DNA from: Octopus sinensis
Lineage: Eukaryota
Direction of reading: 5' to 3'
Length of the DNA: 64,000 bases
Assembly (NCBI RefSeq): GCF_006345805.1
Contig: NC_043009.1
Span: forward strand, 18,414,001-18,478,000
Position 1 is the stretch's first letter, and each line of letters begins with the position of its first letter. The notes below the pieces were generated by a model. The model saw only the letters and a program-made list of their open reading frames with translations. It was not told the origin of the DNA and did no database searches. This document shows positions 49,701 through 63,620 of this stretch, in pieces. The position numbers and the translations under genes were made by a program.

Positions 49701-52329
49701 CGCTAGTCAGCTCTAAAATACATCCTCAGAAGCTTAAAGCTGAACATTTCCTATCTTTGAAGAAAGCTTTCTGTTTCACTGAGTGAAAATGTCAGTGATT
49801 TTATTCATCAGTTACAATAGTTTAAACCCGAAGAAACTGTAATGAAACTATCAAAAGTTATCAAATAACGGAAAACAATGCTTATGTTAAGTATTTGCAT
49901 AGTTAGCTGAACTATTTAAACTGATCTTACAACTCAGATTGGTGCCATTCAACATCATTGTAGAGTTGAAGTGTTGCTATTTCGTTATTGACAGTAGCTC
50001 AGAGTTCTTTTGTTTTCTAAATGTAGGAAATGCCTTGGGCATCTAATAGTTGCTCGTGGAAAATGTCTTGCGCACCCATTTGTTACTACGGCGGAGGATG
50101 GCTGAACTGTGAAAGGGAAAAAGATTAAAACTGAACTATGAAGCATCATGGCGCAAATCAAATTGAACAGTCTCAGGGTATCAAGCATGAACTTCTGATT
50201 GAAATAAACATTTCTGGTAGTAACAAATATCCAGTGTGTTAAATCTCGAAATGTAATTTGCATTGTAATTTATTATGCAAGTAGAAAAGTTATATACAAC
50301 GCACACACACACACACACACACACACTCACTCACAGGCACATTTAATACAGTGCCTCTTTATATCATATACTGTTCCGGTTCAGCATCTAGGTCGGAATG
50401 ATGGGGAAATCTCTACTCCTACACATAATAGTGAAATGCCTCTTTACGCAAGCTCCTGAGCAGAATGTTACTATCATCGTCGAATATAGTCTTGTAAAAT
50501 GTAATGTTGTCCTGCCTTCTCTGACTAAGCCACTAAAAAAAAAAAGAAAAAATTGGAACTTCCGGAGACCTATTCAACTTCGCTGATACAGAAGACATTG
50601 GGCATTAGTCTTGCATAACACTATGAAGCACTGAAAACCTGTGTATACTCCATATGTCCAACCACAGATCGCATGACATGAGAACAGATGTAAGGACCAT
50701 GTGGCAGCAGTGGAAACAAGATTAAGATTATTGTTGATTCTTGAGATTGTGTAACATCTTCTGGAAATAGATTTGATAAGCTGACTCTTCTGATAGGTGG
50801 CATTTGGCTATTTTGGTTATTTCCAGTAACATAGAGAGGGTTGGGAAGAGGAGATGAAGTAGTGAAAATTGGATGGAAGATAAGGAAAATAAAAAATAAA
50901 AAATGATAAGGGAGGGGGAAAGAGACGGGAGAGGTTGGGGGGAAAATAGGAAGTAAAGATTCTAGAGGTGGGTCAGGGTAGACATAGAAACTAACAGAAA
51001 GTAAGAACAAAAAAAAAGAAAACCTAACAGACATTTATAAACATATTTAAACATAAATTTATGAGCAATCACATATTATAGAGTGAGGAAATATTGGAAT
51101 ATTAAATAATGGGTGCTTTATTATCACTATTTCAATTAAACAAAGGCAAATATATCAATACGTATATATATATATGTATATGTTTCTCTGTGTGTGCGTC
51201 TGCCTCCAGATACAGATGTATGCATAAAAGTATAGGAAGTGGAAGAGGAAGGTCAAAATTTCTGTAGGAAAATTTTTTATGCGCGAGCGCGTGTGCATGA
51301 GTTTGTGTGTGTGTGCGCGCGCGAGTGTGTGTGTGTGTGTATGTGTGTGTGTGCGTGCTTGTGTGAGTGGGTTTTTGCATGCATGTGTGTGAGCCTGTAC
51401 CCGCGCGCGTGTATAAAGAGATAGGAAGAGAGACAGACAAGCAAATTTATCATTAAAGATGTTAACATTTGTTCAGCATTTACCAGCAATGGTGTTGGAA
51501 TTCCTCGAATCCAGATTGAGAAATGGTTCAGTGAGAATCAGCCGAGTACCAGAGCCTGTTTGTCAAGACTACAAACTATTTATGCTACTCTGTTTTTGCC
51601 ACCTGGCTTACTTTTTCATTGCACCAACACCTTTGCTCTCACCAAACTAATTAGCTCCGGTCATATATAATCAGATATATAACATACACGGTCTGTCATG
51701 TCTGTATTAATTACAGGCCATAGAGTTTCTGCTTATCCGTTAAGCTTCCTTTACTTACACTGACCCTCACACATTCCCTTACCCACGTACTCATTCACTA
51801 GATCATTCACCCACGCTCCTACTTGTTCACTACCAAATCATTCACTCATACATTTACTTGTTTACTGGTCTTCCATAAACATCTGTCCAAGCCTGTGCCA
51901 CAGAGAAACATACCGTGTGCGCATGCATGGCCTCACTGGGCATACAGTTTCCTAAATCTATAATGACATAATACGGAAACACACAAGTATGAAATCTTCA
52001 CTTTAACATGAAACCAAAAACCTGTAAGAACCAGAACGACTTCAGATAACCAATGTAATATAGAATTTTCAACTTAAATATAAATTTGTAAGCTTCATGC
52101 CATAAATTCTTTCATGTGATACAAATACAACACTTTCTGACTTTGCATTTACAAAGACACATTGCAGCATATTATAATACGTAACACGAAACAAAATTAA
52201 ACAGGATAATATTAGTTATTACCTTCCAATAAAAATATTCTAAAAAATAGAATTTCTAAAACATAAAATATATCAATGTTCAATAATAGTAGAATACAAA
52301 ACAAAAACCAGCACACAAAGAATAATTAC

Positions 52330-52477
52330 TGGTTGCCGAAAAGAACTTGGAGTGAACAGTTAACAGTATTTTCATTTCGGTGATGAAGTTACCAAATCAT
52401 GCGACTTGTGTTTTCAGTCGGAAGATGTGGCAGAGATCTAAGAACACAATTGAACTTAGAAATGTTTCTGTTCTAAC
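52330..52477 (-). CDS. Speculative upstream exon containing a start codon (MKILLTVHSKFFSAT)
   Basis: Acceptor atatatttag| at 52478 and donor A|gtaatt at 52329. The ATG at 52375 gives 15 codons + 1 nt, phase-compatible with the CCP exon. It is only a weak signal-peptide candidate. Confidence 0.2.
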
Positions 52478-52699
52478 CTAAATATATATGACAAATAAAA
52501 AAATACGAAAAATTTTTTTAAGTGATAATTTAACTCGAACACAATTCGAAAAGCTGTTCTTTATGTTCACAATCTCTCTCTTTTTTTTTTTTTTTTCATA
52601 ATTTCGCGTGAGTTACTTGAGAGGAGATCAAAACTATGCCATCAAACCGCGTCATAGAAGCCTGATCAGACGGACCGGTTAAACAGCCCGGTGTTTGAT

Positions 52700-53200
52700 T
52701 CGGTCGGGACACAAAGGAAGACAGGAACTGGGACTACGTTATGAGTAAGGTGGCCAGATTCACCCTAAAATACGCCGAGAGGAAGGTATATCGGAAAAAC
52801 CGAGCTGAGGTGGCGAATGCCTACGTTACCTGTATCATAATTTACTACTTAACTGTGGTGACTTGTACTAGTACCCGTTCGACCAGATTGGAGTGCCTGC
52901 TCTTCCACTTCCTATGGAAAGGACGCGCTCCAGGGTCAAGAAGTTCATCTGTTACCAACACCTTCTGAAAGATGGGCTCGATATGCTGTAGCTGTTGACA
53001 CACGGACATGTGCTAAGGCTGCACCAGTTGCAGAGATTCTTGGACGGCTAACAGGTGTGGCCTTCATTTGTAAGATACCCTTTTCTGCAGCTCGGCTCTT
53101 GCAAGAAGCAGGTGTCTTGTGTTAAGGAAAGAGACAAAAATTGGGCACCTGGCACTCCAGAATATCGTCAGGCGTTCACTAACCTCTAGTTGGGAAAATA
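52700..53200 (+). mobile_element. Second Tx1/L1 fragment (post-RT)
   Basis: NRAEVANAYVTCIIIYYLTVV...LFHFLWKGR; paralogous to about 48690-48900. Confidence 0.75.
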
Positions 53201-53309
53201 CATTCATGCTTTTTCTTCACCCAATTTCATGCAAACCACCACACAAATTGTAACTTTTCTTTTGTAATGCCTCCATCATATGAAACCTCTGAGGCAAATA
53301 AAAGAAATC

Positions 53310-53418
53310 GTTGTTGTTGTTGTTGCTTCTTCTTCTTCTTCTTCTTCTTCTTCTTCTTCTTCTTCTTCTTCTTCTTCTTCTTCTTCTTCTTCTTCTTCTT
53401 CTTCTTCTTCTTCTTCTT

Positions 53419-53449
<31 letters not shown>

Positions 53450-53460
53450 GTAGTAGTAGT
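53310..53460. repeat. Compound (TTG)n-(CTT)n-(TAG)n microsatellite
   Basis: About 40 CTT units; explains the poly-K and poly-F ORFs. Confidence 0.95.
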
Positions 53461-53900
53461 AGGGCGGCGAGCTGGCAGACTCGTTAGCACGCCGGGCGAA
53501 ATGCGTAGCCGTATTCAGTCTGCCGTTACGTTCTGAGTTCAAATTCCGCCGAGGTCGACTTTGCCTTTCATCCTTTCAGGGTTGATAAATTAAGTAGTAG
53601 TGAAACACTGGGGTAGATGTAATCGAATAGTTCCCTCCTACCCTAAATCAGACCTTGTGCCTCCAATAGAAAGGATTATTACCATTATTATTATCATTAG
53701 GGCGGCGAGCTAGCAGAATCGTTAGCACGCCGGGGGAAATGCTTAGCGGTATTTGGTCTGCCGCTATGTTCTGAGTTCAAATTCCACTGAGGTCAACTTT
53801 GTCGTTCATCCTTTCGGGGGTCGATAAAATAAGTACCAGTTGAACAGTTGTAATCGCCTCATCCCCCACCTCCCCCAAACTGCCCTTGTGGCAAAAATTT
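53461..53900 (+). mobile_element. Two tandem SINE family A copies (53461-53675, 53700-53900)
   Basis: Each starts ggcggcgagct.gcaga and they are separated by (ATT/ATC)n. Confidence 0.85.
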
Positions 53901-53939
53901 GAAATAATGATAATAATAATAATAATAATAATAATAATC

Positions 53940-56560
53940 CATGGTGGAAAAGAAGAACTCAGGCAGTGTTAGACATGCTTTCGAAGGAAATTTCTGTGTT
54001 AGACCGAAAAGAGAAAGGGGAGCTTAAAAGCGAACAAAAATACAGGGCGCTGAAAAGGAAATATAATATTGAAAGAAAGGGCCTGAAAGTAGTAGTGGAG
54101 GAACTGAAACAGCGCCTCGTTGCAAAGAAAGCAAAGATGGTAAGATACGACCAAAGAATGAAGGGTAACCACCAGAATAGATTATTCAGAGTAGATCAGA
54201 ATAGATTCTATAAACAAATAAATGGAGAGTATACAGATGAAAAGTTGATATCAGATAACATTGAAAGTCAAAGGTTTTGGAGTAACATCTGGAGCAAAGA
54301 CAAGGAGCACAAGAAGGAAGCTGAATGGTTGCATGAACTGAAACAAAACAGACAGAACTAGTCATTTTAGTTAGGGAAGTGAAGGAAATTAGAAAAAAAA
54401 AAGAAAGAAAAAAGAGCAACTGAAAGGCCCGGGACCAGATGGAGTTCAAGGCTACTGGATCAAAAGATTTGGTGCGCAACTCAACACCTTGTTAAATGCC
54501 AATCAAGTAACACCAGAGTGGTTGACATTAGGTAGGACAGTGTTGTGCCTGAAAAACATCGAAAAAGGCAATACGGTAGACAATTACAAACCGATATCCT
54601 GTTTGCCACTTATGTGGAAGTTATTGACTGGAATACTCACAGAGTCAATGTGCGAACATCTGGGAAAAAATGGAGTCCTGCCACATGAGCAGAAGGGCTG
54701 CAAGCTTAAGTGCAGAGGTACCAAGGTCAACTCCTGATAGACAAAACTGTACTTAGAGACTGCAAGAGAAGGAAAAGTAACTTAGCCATGTCATGGATCG
54801 ATTATCGTAAAGCATACGATATGATCTCACATTCTTGGATTATGGAGTGTATGAACCTATTTGGTACTGCATCGAATGTTGAGCGATTGCTTGGAAAAAG
54901 TATAGTGAATTGGAGGGCGGACCTGACAGCATACGGAAGAAGTTTAGGGGCAGTAGAAATTAGGAGGGGCAGTAGAAATTAGGAGGGGCATCTTCCAAGG
55001 AGACTGCCTGTCCCCACTGATCTTTGTACTGTGCTTGATACCACCAACATTGATACTGAGGAAGACAAAAGCTGGGTATATATTCAAAAGCCACCAACAA
55101 AAGATGAAGCCCAAGACAGTTCCCTCGTTGATACAGTGTACATTTTCAGTGCTGATATCAGAATGGAGTTGGGACCGAGAAAGTGTGGTGTGTTAGTCTT
55201 GAAGAGAGGTAAAATGAAATGTATGGACGGGCTAACGATACCGCCGGGGGGTATTATGAAGCAGATAGAAGAGACGGGCTATAAGTACTTCGGGATTTTG
55301 GAAATGGATAAATTGAAGGAGAAAGAAATGACAGAAAAATTTAAGGTGGAGTACTTGCGCAGACTGTGACTGATCATTAAGTCGAAATTAAACGGAGGGA
55401 ATAAGATCGAACCTATCAACGCCTGGGCGGTTTCACTCCTTAGATATGGAGCAGGGGTAATCGAATGGACAGTAAACGAACTAAACAGCTTAGACAGAAA
55501 GACAATGAAGTTGCTAACTAGATATGGGTCACTCCACCCAAAAAGTGACACAGACAGACTGTTTGTACCAAGAAAAAGAAGGGAAGAGGACTTAGTGGAT
55601 ACAAAGACAGCATTAGAGCAGAAGAAAACAACAGAGCATGGTATGTGAAAAATGCCACAGAACCGCTATTACTAGAAGTAAGAAGGCCAGGCTTGTGTAG
55701 GATGAAAGATTGTTGAGATAAAGCATTATAAAAGAAATTGAAAACGAATGAAATAGATGGGTAAAGAAAAGAATGCATGGTCAATTTCATAGGGATGTTG
55801 AAGATAAGACAGACAGAGCAAAAAGATGATTGTGGATGACTCAAAGTGATTTAAAACCGGAAACGGAGGCTCTAATCTGTGCTGCCCAAGAGCAAGCACT
55901 AAGAACAAACTACATAAAATACAGAATAGACAACACAGCAGAAAGTGATAAGTGCAGAATCTGTGAACAAAACGGTGAAACCGTATGGCATATTATTAGC
56001 CCTTGTACACCACTAGCCCTGAAGGAATATAAGAGACGCCACGACAATATAGCCAGGTTGATCCATTGGACACTTTGCAACAAGTATGGACTTGACAGAG
56101 CAAAAATTGGTACGACCACAAACCTGAAGGCATCGTCGAAAATAGAAATGCAAAGAACCTATGGGATTTTATGATCCAGTGCGACCATAAGATTGAGAAT
56201 AAGAAGCCGGGCATAATCTTAATTGGGAAAGAAAACTAACGTAGATATAGCATGCCCAGCTGACAACAAGGTATGTGATAAGGAAGAAAGAAAAGTTGAG
56301 AGATATGACAGATTAGCTTGGGAAGTTAGGCAGTTCTGGTCGATGAAAAAGGTGGTAGTAATACCAATAATTGTCGGATCTCGAGAAATACATGAAACAA
56401 ATAGGGGCTGCAATAAGGTTGGAGCACTTGCAGAAAACAGTACTGCTTGGAACCACTCGAATACGCTGGAAGGTGCTAAAAAAATAAAAGGTGTTACCTT
56501 AGTCCACTGGTGATGAACAGCTGACACTGTAGTACATCTCCAGCGTTAGAAGCTGTGCAA
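53940..56560 (+). mobile_element. 5'-truncated R4/Dong-type non-LTR retrotransposon (RT + CCHC + restriction-like endonuclease), frameshifted
   Basis: PWWKRR; [14 protein letters not shown]; [16 protein letters not shown]; IDYRKAYDM; GIFQGDCLSPL; CRICEQNGETVWHII..C...RRHD; WDFMIQCDH; DIACPAD...VVIPIIVGS. Starts directly after (AAT)n. Confidence 0.92.
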
Positions 56561-56632
56561 AGGCAATAATGATGATGATGATGATGATGATGATGATAAT
56601 CGTCGTTGTCGTCATCATCATCATCATCATCA

Positions 56633-56675
<43 letters not shown>

Positions 56676-56696
56676 TATTATTATTATTATTATTAT

Positions 56697-56875
56697 GAGC
56701 TGGCAGAATCGTTAGCACGCTGGACGAAATGCTTAGCGGCAATTCGTTCGTCTTTACGTTCTCAGTTCCAATTCCACCGTGACCGATTTGCCTTTCATCC
56801 ACCCAGAGTTGATGAAATAGCTATCGGTTGAGCACTGGGGTCAACGTAATCGACTTCTCTAAAATTGCTGGCCTT
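56697..56875 (+). mobile_element. SINE family A
   Basis: gagctggcagaatcgttagcacg head after (TAT)n. Confidence 0.8.
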
Positions 56876-57079
56876 GAGATAACATTTGGCACCATCATTA
56901 TTATTCGCATTAGTTGTAGCCATAGGAGGAGCAGGAGGAGAGGAAGGAGTAGTAACAGTTGTTATAATAGCAGCAGCAGCAGCAACAACAACAACAGAAC
57001 TGTATCTTCAGCAGAGAATAGGTCTCTCATATCATATGCGTCCATATTTCTTCGAAATACATCATGTTGATATTGGCAT

Positions 57080-57590
57080 CCTATACTTCTTACATATATA
57101 AGTGGAGGTGCAATAAGTGGAGGCGGTTAGGGCAGTGAACTCGCGGCATTTTTCCATACGGCCCATATGACATCAGGACAGTATTCAAGAGTAATGCAAC
57201 ACTTCGCAAATATCTCCTTCGGGTAAAACCACCAATAGAAGAGAATATGACCAAAGAATGCGTGTACTCCATCTCAAGCAGCTGTGGGAGGTTATACAAA
57301 GGCTAAACACACCTCCCCCTCAAAATAAGGGTAGAGGAACATCGCAAAGCTGTGACACGAGGAAATATTGGTAAATCGGGTATAGCTGATCATGTATGGA
57401 AAAATGGAGACCACCTCCCCCTGTAGGATGAAGTTAAAATAATAGACAGAGAAAAGCACTGGAAAATGCGAAAAATAAAAGAAGCAGCACATATGCTAGG
57501 ACACAACAACCTCCTAAACAGACCGAGTGCAGATATGAATAGCATATGGAAACCAGAATTAAGGAAGGATAGGAAAATATTAGATTTATA
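57080..57590 (+). mobile_element. Penelope-like (Poseidon-type) GIY-YIG fragment
   Basis: VYSIPSSCGRLYKG*T...RVEEHRKAV...KSGIADHVW...WKMRKIKEAAHM. Confidence 0.8.
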
Positions 57591-57980
57591 AGCCTTAAAA
57601 TTCACTCCCGGGCATATGGCGTAGTGGTTAAGATTAGGAGTTCGATTCCAGGCAGTGGCCTGAATAATAATAATAACAACAATATCAAAAATTACCTTAG
57701 GGATGAGATTCCAGGTTTGAAATTTCCCCAAGGCAGCCGAAACGATATATCCGTCAAATGTAAATAATGTACATAATTCCTCATCTCTTAAACATAGAAC
57801 TGAACCACACTAACACTAAGAGTATCAACAAGCAGATGAGAACACCATTTGCTTCCCCCCAAAAGACAACGCAAAGATCGAGAGGCACCAACATAAATCA
57901 ACATTCAAATGAAATACAAAGAAAAAAATACTCTGCAACGAGGAGTCAACAACGATATGTGTATGTCTACACACACACAC

Positions 57981-58019
<39 letters not shown>

Positions 58020-58021
58020 TG

Positions 58022-58022
<1 letters not shown>

Positions 58023-58100
<78 letters not shown>
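58023..58100. repeat. (GATA)n microsatellite
   Basis: About 19 units. Confidence 0.95.
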
Positions 58101-58102
<2 letters not shown>

Positions 58103-58942
58103 GCATGCAGTATATAAATATGTATCTGGGTATGTATACACGCATGCAAAGCATGCGTATATACGCAACAAACTAATTTCAACAACTGTAAGTACTTCCG
58201 AGTGGAAGTTTGCTGTGCTGAGTTTAGTTTGAAACAAACCTTCTAGTCATTTCGTTATTTTATGTGTTATATCTCCGCTCCATAAAGAAATCTTTCAAGA
58301 ATAATTTGGAGGAAAAATAAACAAAAAGATAGTTTCTTGATGTCCGTTATATGGTATTGTAAAATCAGAAAGACTCTTTCAGTATTGGCCGTTATTCACA
58401 GAAGTGGCTAAACGCAAAACAACAAACTTTTTATTCATATTCAGAATTTTTTATTTTATTCTGTTTCCTTTGGAATAATGAGTATAAGCTGCTTCTTAGT
58501 AGTTAACCAGTAGGATATACAAAACATTCCTAAACTAAATGTATGTATGTCATTGTTCAGTTTTATTTCAAAATTTCTTGCCAATAGAGAAAGAGCCGGG
58601 TTCTAACCTAGATTCAAGGCTCCTTCATTGGAATTTCAACATCAACAACAGGGTATTTTTGCTTGTATGTATATATGCATATTTGTATATATTTGCTTTA
58701 TGTATGTATTCTCATGCATATAGTTGCATATCTAGACATGCTCATATATATTTAAATGATAAACGTCTGCAAAGTTTTACAGATTTTTACAGTTCCAGTG
58801 ATGGATTGGATTTGTAGTCTTTGAATTAGCTTTCTCCTTTCTGGTTTTGAGAAGCCTAATTTCTCAAGATTGGCATTTAGGAAGTGTATTACATATCCCA
58901 AGGGCCTAATAATTTCAGATACAAACCTGAACTAATAATCTT

Positions 58943-59050
58943 ATGTATGTATGTATGTATGTATGTATGTATGTATGTATGTATGTATGTATGTATGTAT
59001 GTATGTATGTATGTATGTATGTATGTATGTACGAATGCATGTATGTATGT
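58943..59050. repeat. (TATG)n microsatellite
   Basis: More than 20 units. Confidence 0.95.
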
Positions 59051-61959
59051 GGATTCTGGTTCAAACGAAAATTATTCGATTTGTGACTGGAATGTTATGT
59101 GGCGCTCACAGTTCTCTATCAGTGGACAATGTAGTCGATGGTACTTCAAACCATGTGTTCTGTAGATTAGAGGCGGGCAAGTTCAACTCTAGCTGCTGAC
59201 GAACACCAACTGGACAGTTTTTTCCAGAGGATTTTCGGATCGACAACTCAACGAAAAGTTTTTGGCTAGGAAAGGCAAGCGGTTTTTCTGTCTAATGGCT
59301 ATAGCGAAAGGGATTATCTAGTAGAATAGATTGTATAGTAGATTGCATTGTATACAGAAATGAGGGGCAGACCTCATCAGTTGCTCCAAGGTCTGCTAAA
59401 GAAGAAAGGTGAACGAGGAGCAGGTGCAATCCCGTATATTTACTGAAAAGTGGATGAGAGTGACAAATATGGTCCCGAATACAGCTTATCATAAAAGTTA
59501 ATCAATGATCTGTGAGGGTTACCGTTTGACCCCAAGAAGATATCTATCTATTGGCTCACTTCATTTTTTCTATTATACTGTTGTTTTTATGCCTGTTTTT
59601 GCATATTCGATTCTATGTAACCCTAGCCTCAAATCTATAATCTGTCCATGTAATTTCTTTTCTATGTAATCAATTTATGTTTGCAATATAGCTTCTTCCT
59701 TTGGGGCAGTGACAAGGTGCTCTAGCCACAAAAACAGTAGCAGATACACCGAAGAAATTTGGAGATATTCTTCAGCATTTTGTAAACATGAACATTGTCT
59801 AAAAAGCTAAAAAAAATTGACAAACATAAACAAGAAATGTTAGCACAAATGCAGAGAACAAAGGGATAAAGAAATACCTCAAGCTATTACAAACTACAAA
59901 AAAAAAAAAAAAAAAAGATAGTCGAGAAGATAGTCGAGAAGAACGTATACAAAGATGTCTCAAAGAAGTGAGTTTGGAACGTAACAAGACGTCTTTCCCA
60001 ATCCTTGAAGTAGGCAAAAATATTATATTTCTTTAAAACTTTTCTACGTTTACAATCTAGTCAACGTGGTTTCTTCAACTAGGGCAATAAGAAGAGGTAC
60101 TAAAAAAGAAAGAAAGAAAAACCAAAGTAGAATTGGAAACATGACAATTACAAATAGAAAATATTAAGATAGACTCCCGTGTACAGTTACTCACATTTTG
60201 ATGTTTGAAAACGCGAATTTGTGTGACATAAGCGAAAGTAACAGCACCATTAATAACAAAAACAACAAACACCACCAAACAAGAACGATAACCGTGTATA
60301 AACGTGTACTTTGTTTAAAAAAGTTTTAACAATCTACTGCTACAGGTAAAATGAACTTTTAATCATGTTTTGCATTCATTCAAAGAATGACGCTCCACAG
60401 CAGTATATTACAAAATTGTGTGTTTCCTTGCCTGAGGAATTTATGCAGGAGCAAGCAAGGACGGTGGTAACATATTTCTGCTGTGGAATGCCAAAGGGTG
60501 CCTCCATTTGCATTCGAAGGAACAGTTAAAAGAAACTTGAGATGACTTAGGGTACAACAACACATACTTCATTAACAGTGTAGTGCAAATGGAATTGTGT
60601 GTCTGGACTTCAAAACTGAAGACAAGGCGATAACCATGATGACCTAGTGCATCACATATCTACTTATAACTTGGTTTACCAACACAAAGATAGATGTAAC
60701 ACAAGGATCACAGTAAGGGGCATTATTGGCAACGTCAATCCTTGGTTCGTCGTCACCTTTGAGGTACAATACAGGTAGATGGCGAATGCTGAGGTGAGAC
60801 GAAATGACATGTGGACGGGTAGAGTCTACTTAGTCATGCAGTTCTTGATGCCCTAGAACAATCCAAGAGCTGTAACTAACAGTAGCTGCAATGTAAGTCG
60901 CGGTGGTGCAGGTCTGAGAGACCAGTTGATATACATGTGATACTATGACAGACTCAAAAAGTCTGTAAACTAAAGAGTCTGAAAAGGTAAATAAAGAGAT
61001 ATAGTAAACAAGGCAGACACTAACAGGAGCACGTCCCAGAATTTGCTGTTCCCAGAACGCAAACTTTTCCACTGTTACTTGCAGACCCAAAGGTAGAGAA
61101 AGAAACTGACCCGTTTTTATGGCTAGAAGCCAACGACCAGCAGTCCCACCCTCCAACCATAACCAGTAGAACCAATCCGTTTTCTGTAGTCAATAAACAG
61201 GATATGTAGAATGATAAAAGAAGTGGCAAATTCTTGGTGATAGTGGGAACCGAAAAACAAAAAAGAAAATATCTCCTCAAGGAAAAAGAAGAAAACGAAT
61301 TAAAAAAAAACAAAAAAAAAAACAAGAAGCCCAAATGATGGATAGTTTAAACAAACTACAAGAACTATTAGAAGGAAAAAAGCAATGGTGGATTTGCTCA
61401 CCGTTTCAGTAAGATAGACTGCCAAGGAAAACCAAGCTGTTACAGGTTTATGCAAAATAAATGAATCATAAAATCATAAAATACCTTTCTTATTAATTGC
61501 ATTAAGGATCAACAGAATGTTTTTCATATTCCGCTTTTTCTCTTTTCTTGTTTTCTATGTTTGTTGGATTTTGATATTTTATGCGAGTAGATATGAATGC
61601 ATGATTTTTTTTTTCATTTTGGAGCTGCCAAATATATTTCGTTTAAACAGGCGACATTGACATTCCTTTTTGTTTGACAGAAAATTTCCCTCCCTGCCCA
61701 TCCTTCGTTTTTTTCTAAAACTACGTATATACATCCCCACATGCCTTTAACCACTTTTTTGAAACACACTTTCGTATGGATTGGGAGAATCGTTAGAAAA
61801 ACAGACAAAATATCTCATGATATTTAGATATGGTTAATGAAGAACTCGAGACGACATAATCAACTAAGCACCCTCCCCCCCCGCCAATAATTAATATCTC
61901 GTCTCTATGTACGAAATGATAATTATTAATATCATTACATGTTATAGTAGCAGCGATAC

Positions 61960-62240
61960 TGTCATGAAGTTTGGTGATGACAAACCTCGCTAAATCTGAA
62001 GAATCTTTCTAGGGTTCTTGCAGAATACAGCACTGCACTTTTCTACAGATCAAGTCCTCAATTCAAACATCCTTCACTCTCTTACGCAGAAGAAGTTTGG
62101 ACGTTGTGCCAAGTGCATTCATTTCCACAGGCATAATTGTCATCTTAGTCATCCACAATCTCTTCCTCCCTCTGATAAGGTTCTGATATTTCTCTTTTTT
62201 TTTTCTTTTCAACTTCTTTAGCATTCTCTCTTTCTTGAAT
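61960..62240 (-). mobile_element. R4/Dong-type 3' end fragment
   Basis: TIMPVEMNALGTTSK and a 3' segment similar to 5240-5400. Confidence 0.5.
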
Positions 62241-62839
62241 TTGTCACACTTTTGGGAAGATATTTTTTCGAAGATGATTTTATGGCATTCTGTATCCACT
62301 TCATTTACACTGTGCTAGAACAATACGATTTGTCCTTGATTATTTTTATATTCATATTTTGTAAATACTCTTTACTAGATAAACAAAATGGTTTCCACTT
62401 ATTAGAAAGCGCGAAGAAACGGCCAGCACAGGGTTGTAACACTAATGTAAACAAAGAGAGAGAGAGAGAGAGAGATTTCACATCCCCTGAAAAGGACAGT
62501 TGCAAGAGGCCATGGTCGATGTATGATAAAGATGTGGCTTTCATCAGCCGTGGCAAAATATATGGCAATAGATGCCTACTTTTCAACACCAAGGACAAGA
62601 TGATACGAAAGACTGGTTAAGAACATCACACCCCTGCCCAGAGGCACATACTGCAATACATGAGCCAGATCAATACAAGGGTGGCGTATTGGAAGCAACA
62701 TTGAACAGCCCAATACAAGTAATTCCTGAGCGCAGAATGAAACGTTATTGTTGGAAGATAGTATGAACTTAATGACACCGAAAATTCCAGGGCTATTTAA
62801 GAGCTACATCTCGTCCTAGGTTCGGCAACAAAATCAATG

Positions 62840-63620
62840 AAACTGAAGGTGCAAGGAAGATATCGCACTTCGAGCAGTAAGAAGTGCGTGGAGGCTTTCT
62901 GCGTCAAAGAACGAGAAAAAAATAGAGAAGGTGAAAAGGCCCGACGGCAGCATAATCCACATCAACAAAAATAGCTTATTGAGGAAGTCCCAGCAGCAGC
63001 ACCAACTGCGCCAACAGTTGCAGGTTTAAAGACGGACAAAAAACTTACTCCTCGTCCAGGAACAAAAGCCGATTGCTAGAGAGTGTTTTCTACGCCACAA
63101 CCAACACTTCGATGCCATGTGCCTCTACAATGTTTCTCCAAACTCTACAATCTCCAACTGCTTTGAAGATTAAGCGTCAAGTTTCCGCAGTCAATAATAG
63201 CTGTGTTATATACAAAAGTTGAACTAGTGTGGTTTCTCAGGATCACAGTCAACGCACAGGTTTACAAACGGATCCGGATCACTTTTGATATTCGTTAGCC
63301 GACAGGTTGTTTGGTGATGTAGATCTTCTATTGTAGTTCGGATTTTACACCGGCGTGTAGTACCTAAATAATCCCTATCTGGTTTGCTGATCATCACATC
63401 AAAGTTCTTTCTTGGTCAGGTTACTCAACTGACTGCAACTACATAATGGTTATTAAAAAAAGATTGTAATCCAGCAACAAGGTGGAACCGAAGGCTGATT
63501 TCGAAACCATCCTGGTTTCCATTAACCCAAACAATGTCACAACTTGGTTTGCTATATTCTACGACACATTCAGGCGTACCAATTGATATTCTGTAGCCAA
63601 TTTTCTACTAGTGTAATGAT
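62840..63620 (+). mobile_element. Decayed Tc1-like transposase
   Basis: VKFPQSII followed by WFADHHIKVLSWSGYSTDCN (the WP.NSPDLNPIEN position) and NLVCYILRHIQA. Confidence 0.55.

Noticed and set aside
57613-57760. tRNA-like head and a GCAGCC-GAAACG hammerhead half
   Set aside because: The head is a truncated SINE-like fragment, not a tRNA gene (no cloverleaf), and the CUGANGA half of the ribozyme is absent.
59040-59280. Possible mariner N-terminal remnant (SICDWNV...GQCSRWYFK)
   Set aside because: Similarity is too weak to call without a search.
60440-61330. Possible LINE ORF1 remnant
   Set aside because: Fragmented, with no intact zinc knuckle or other diagnostic motif.
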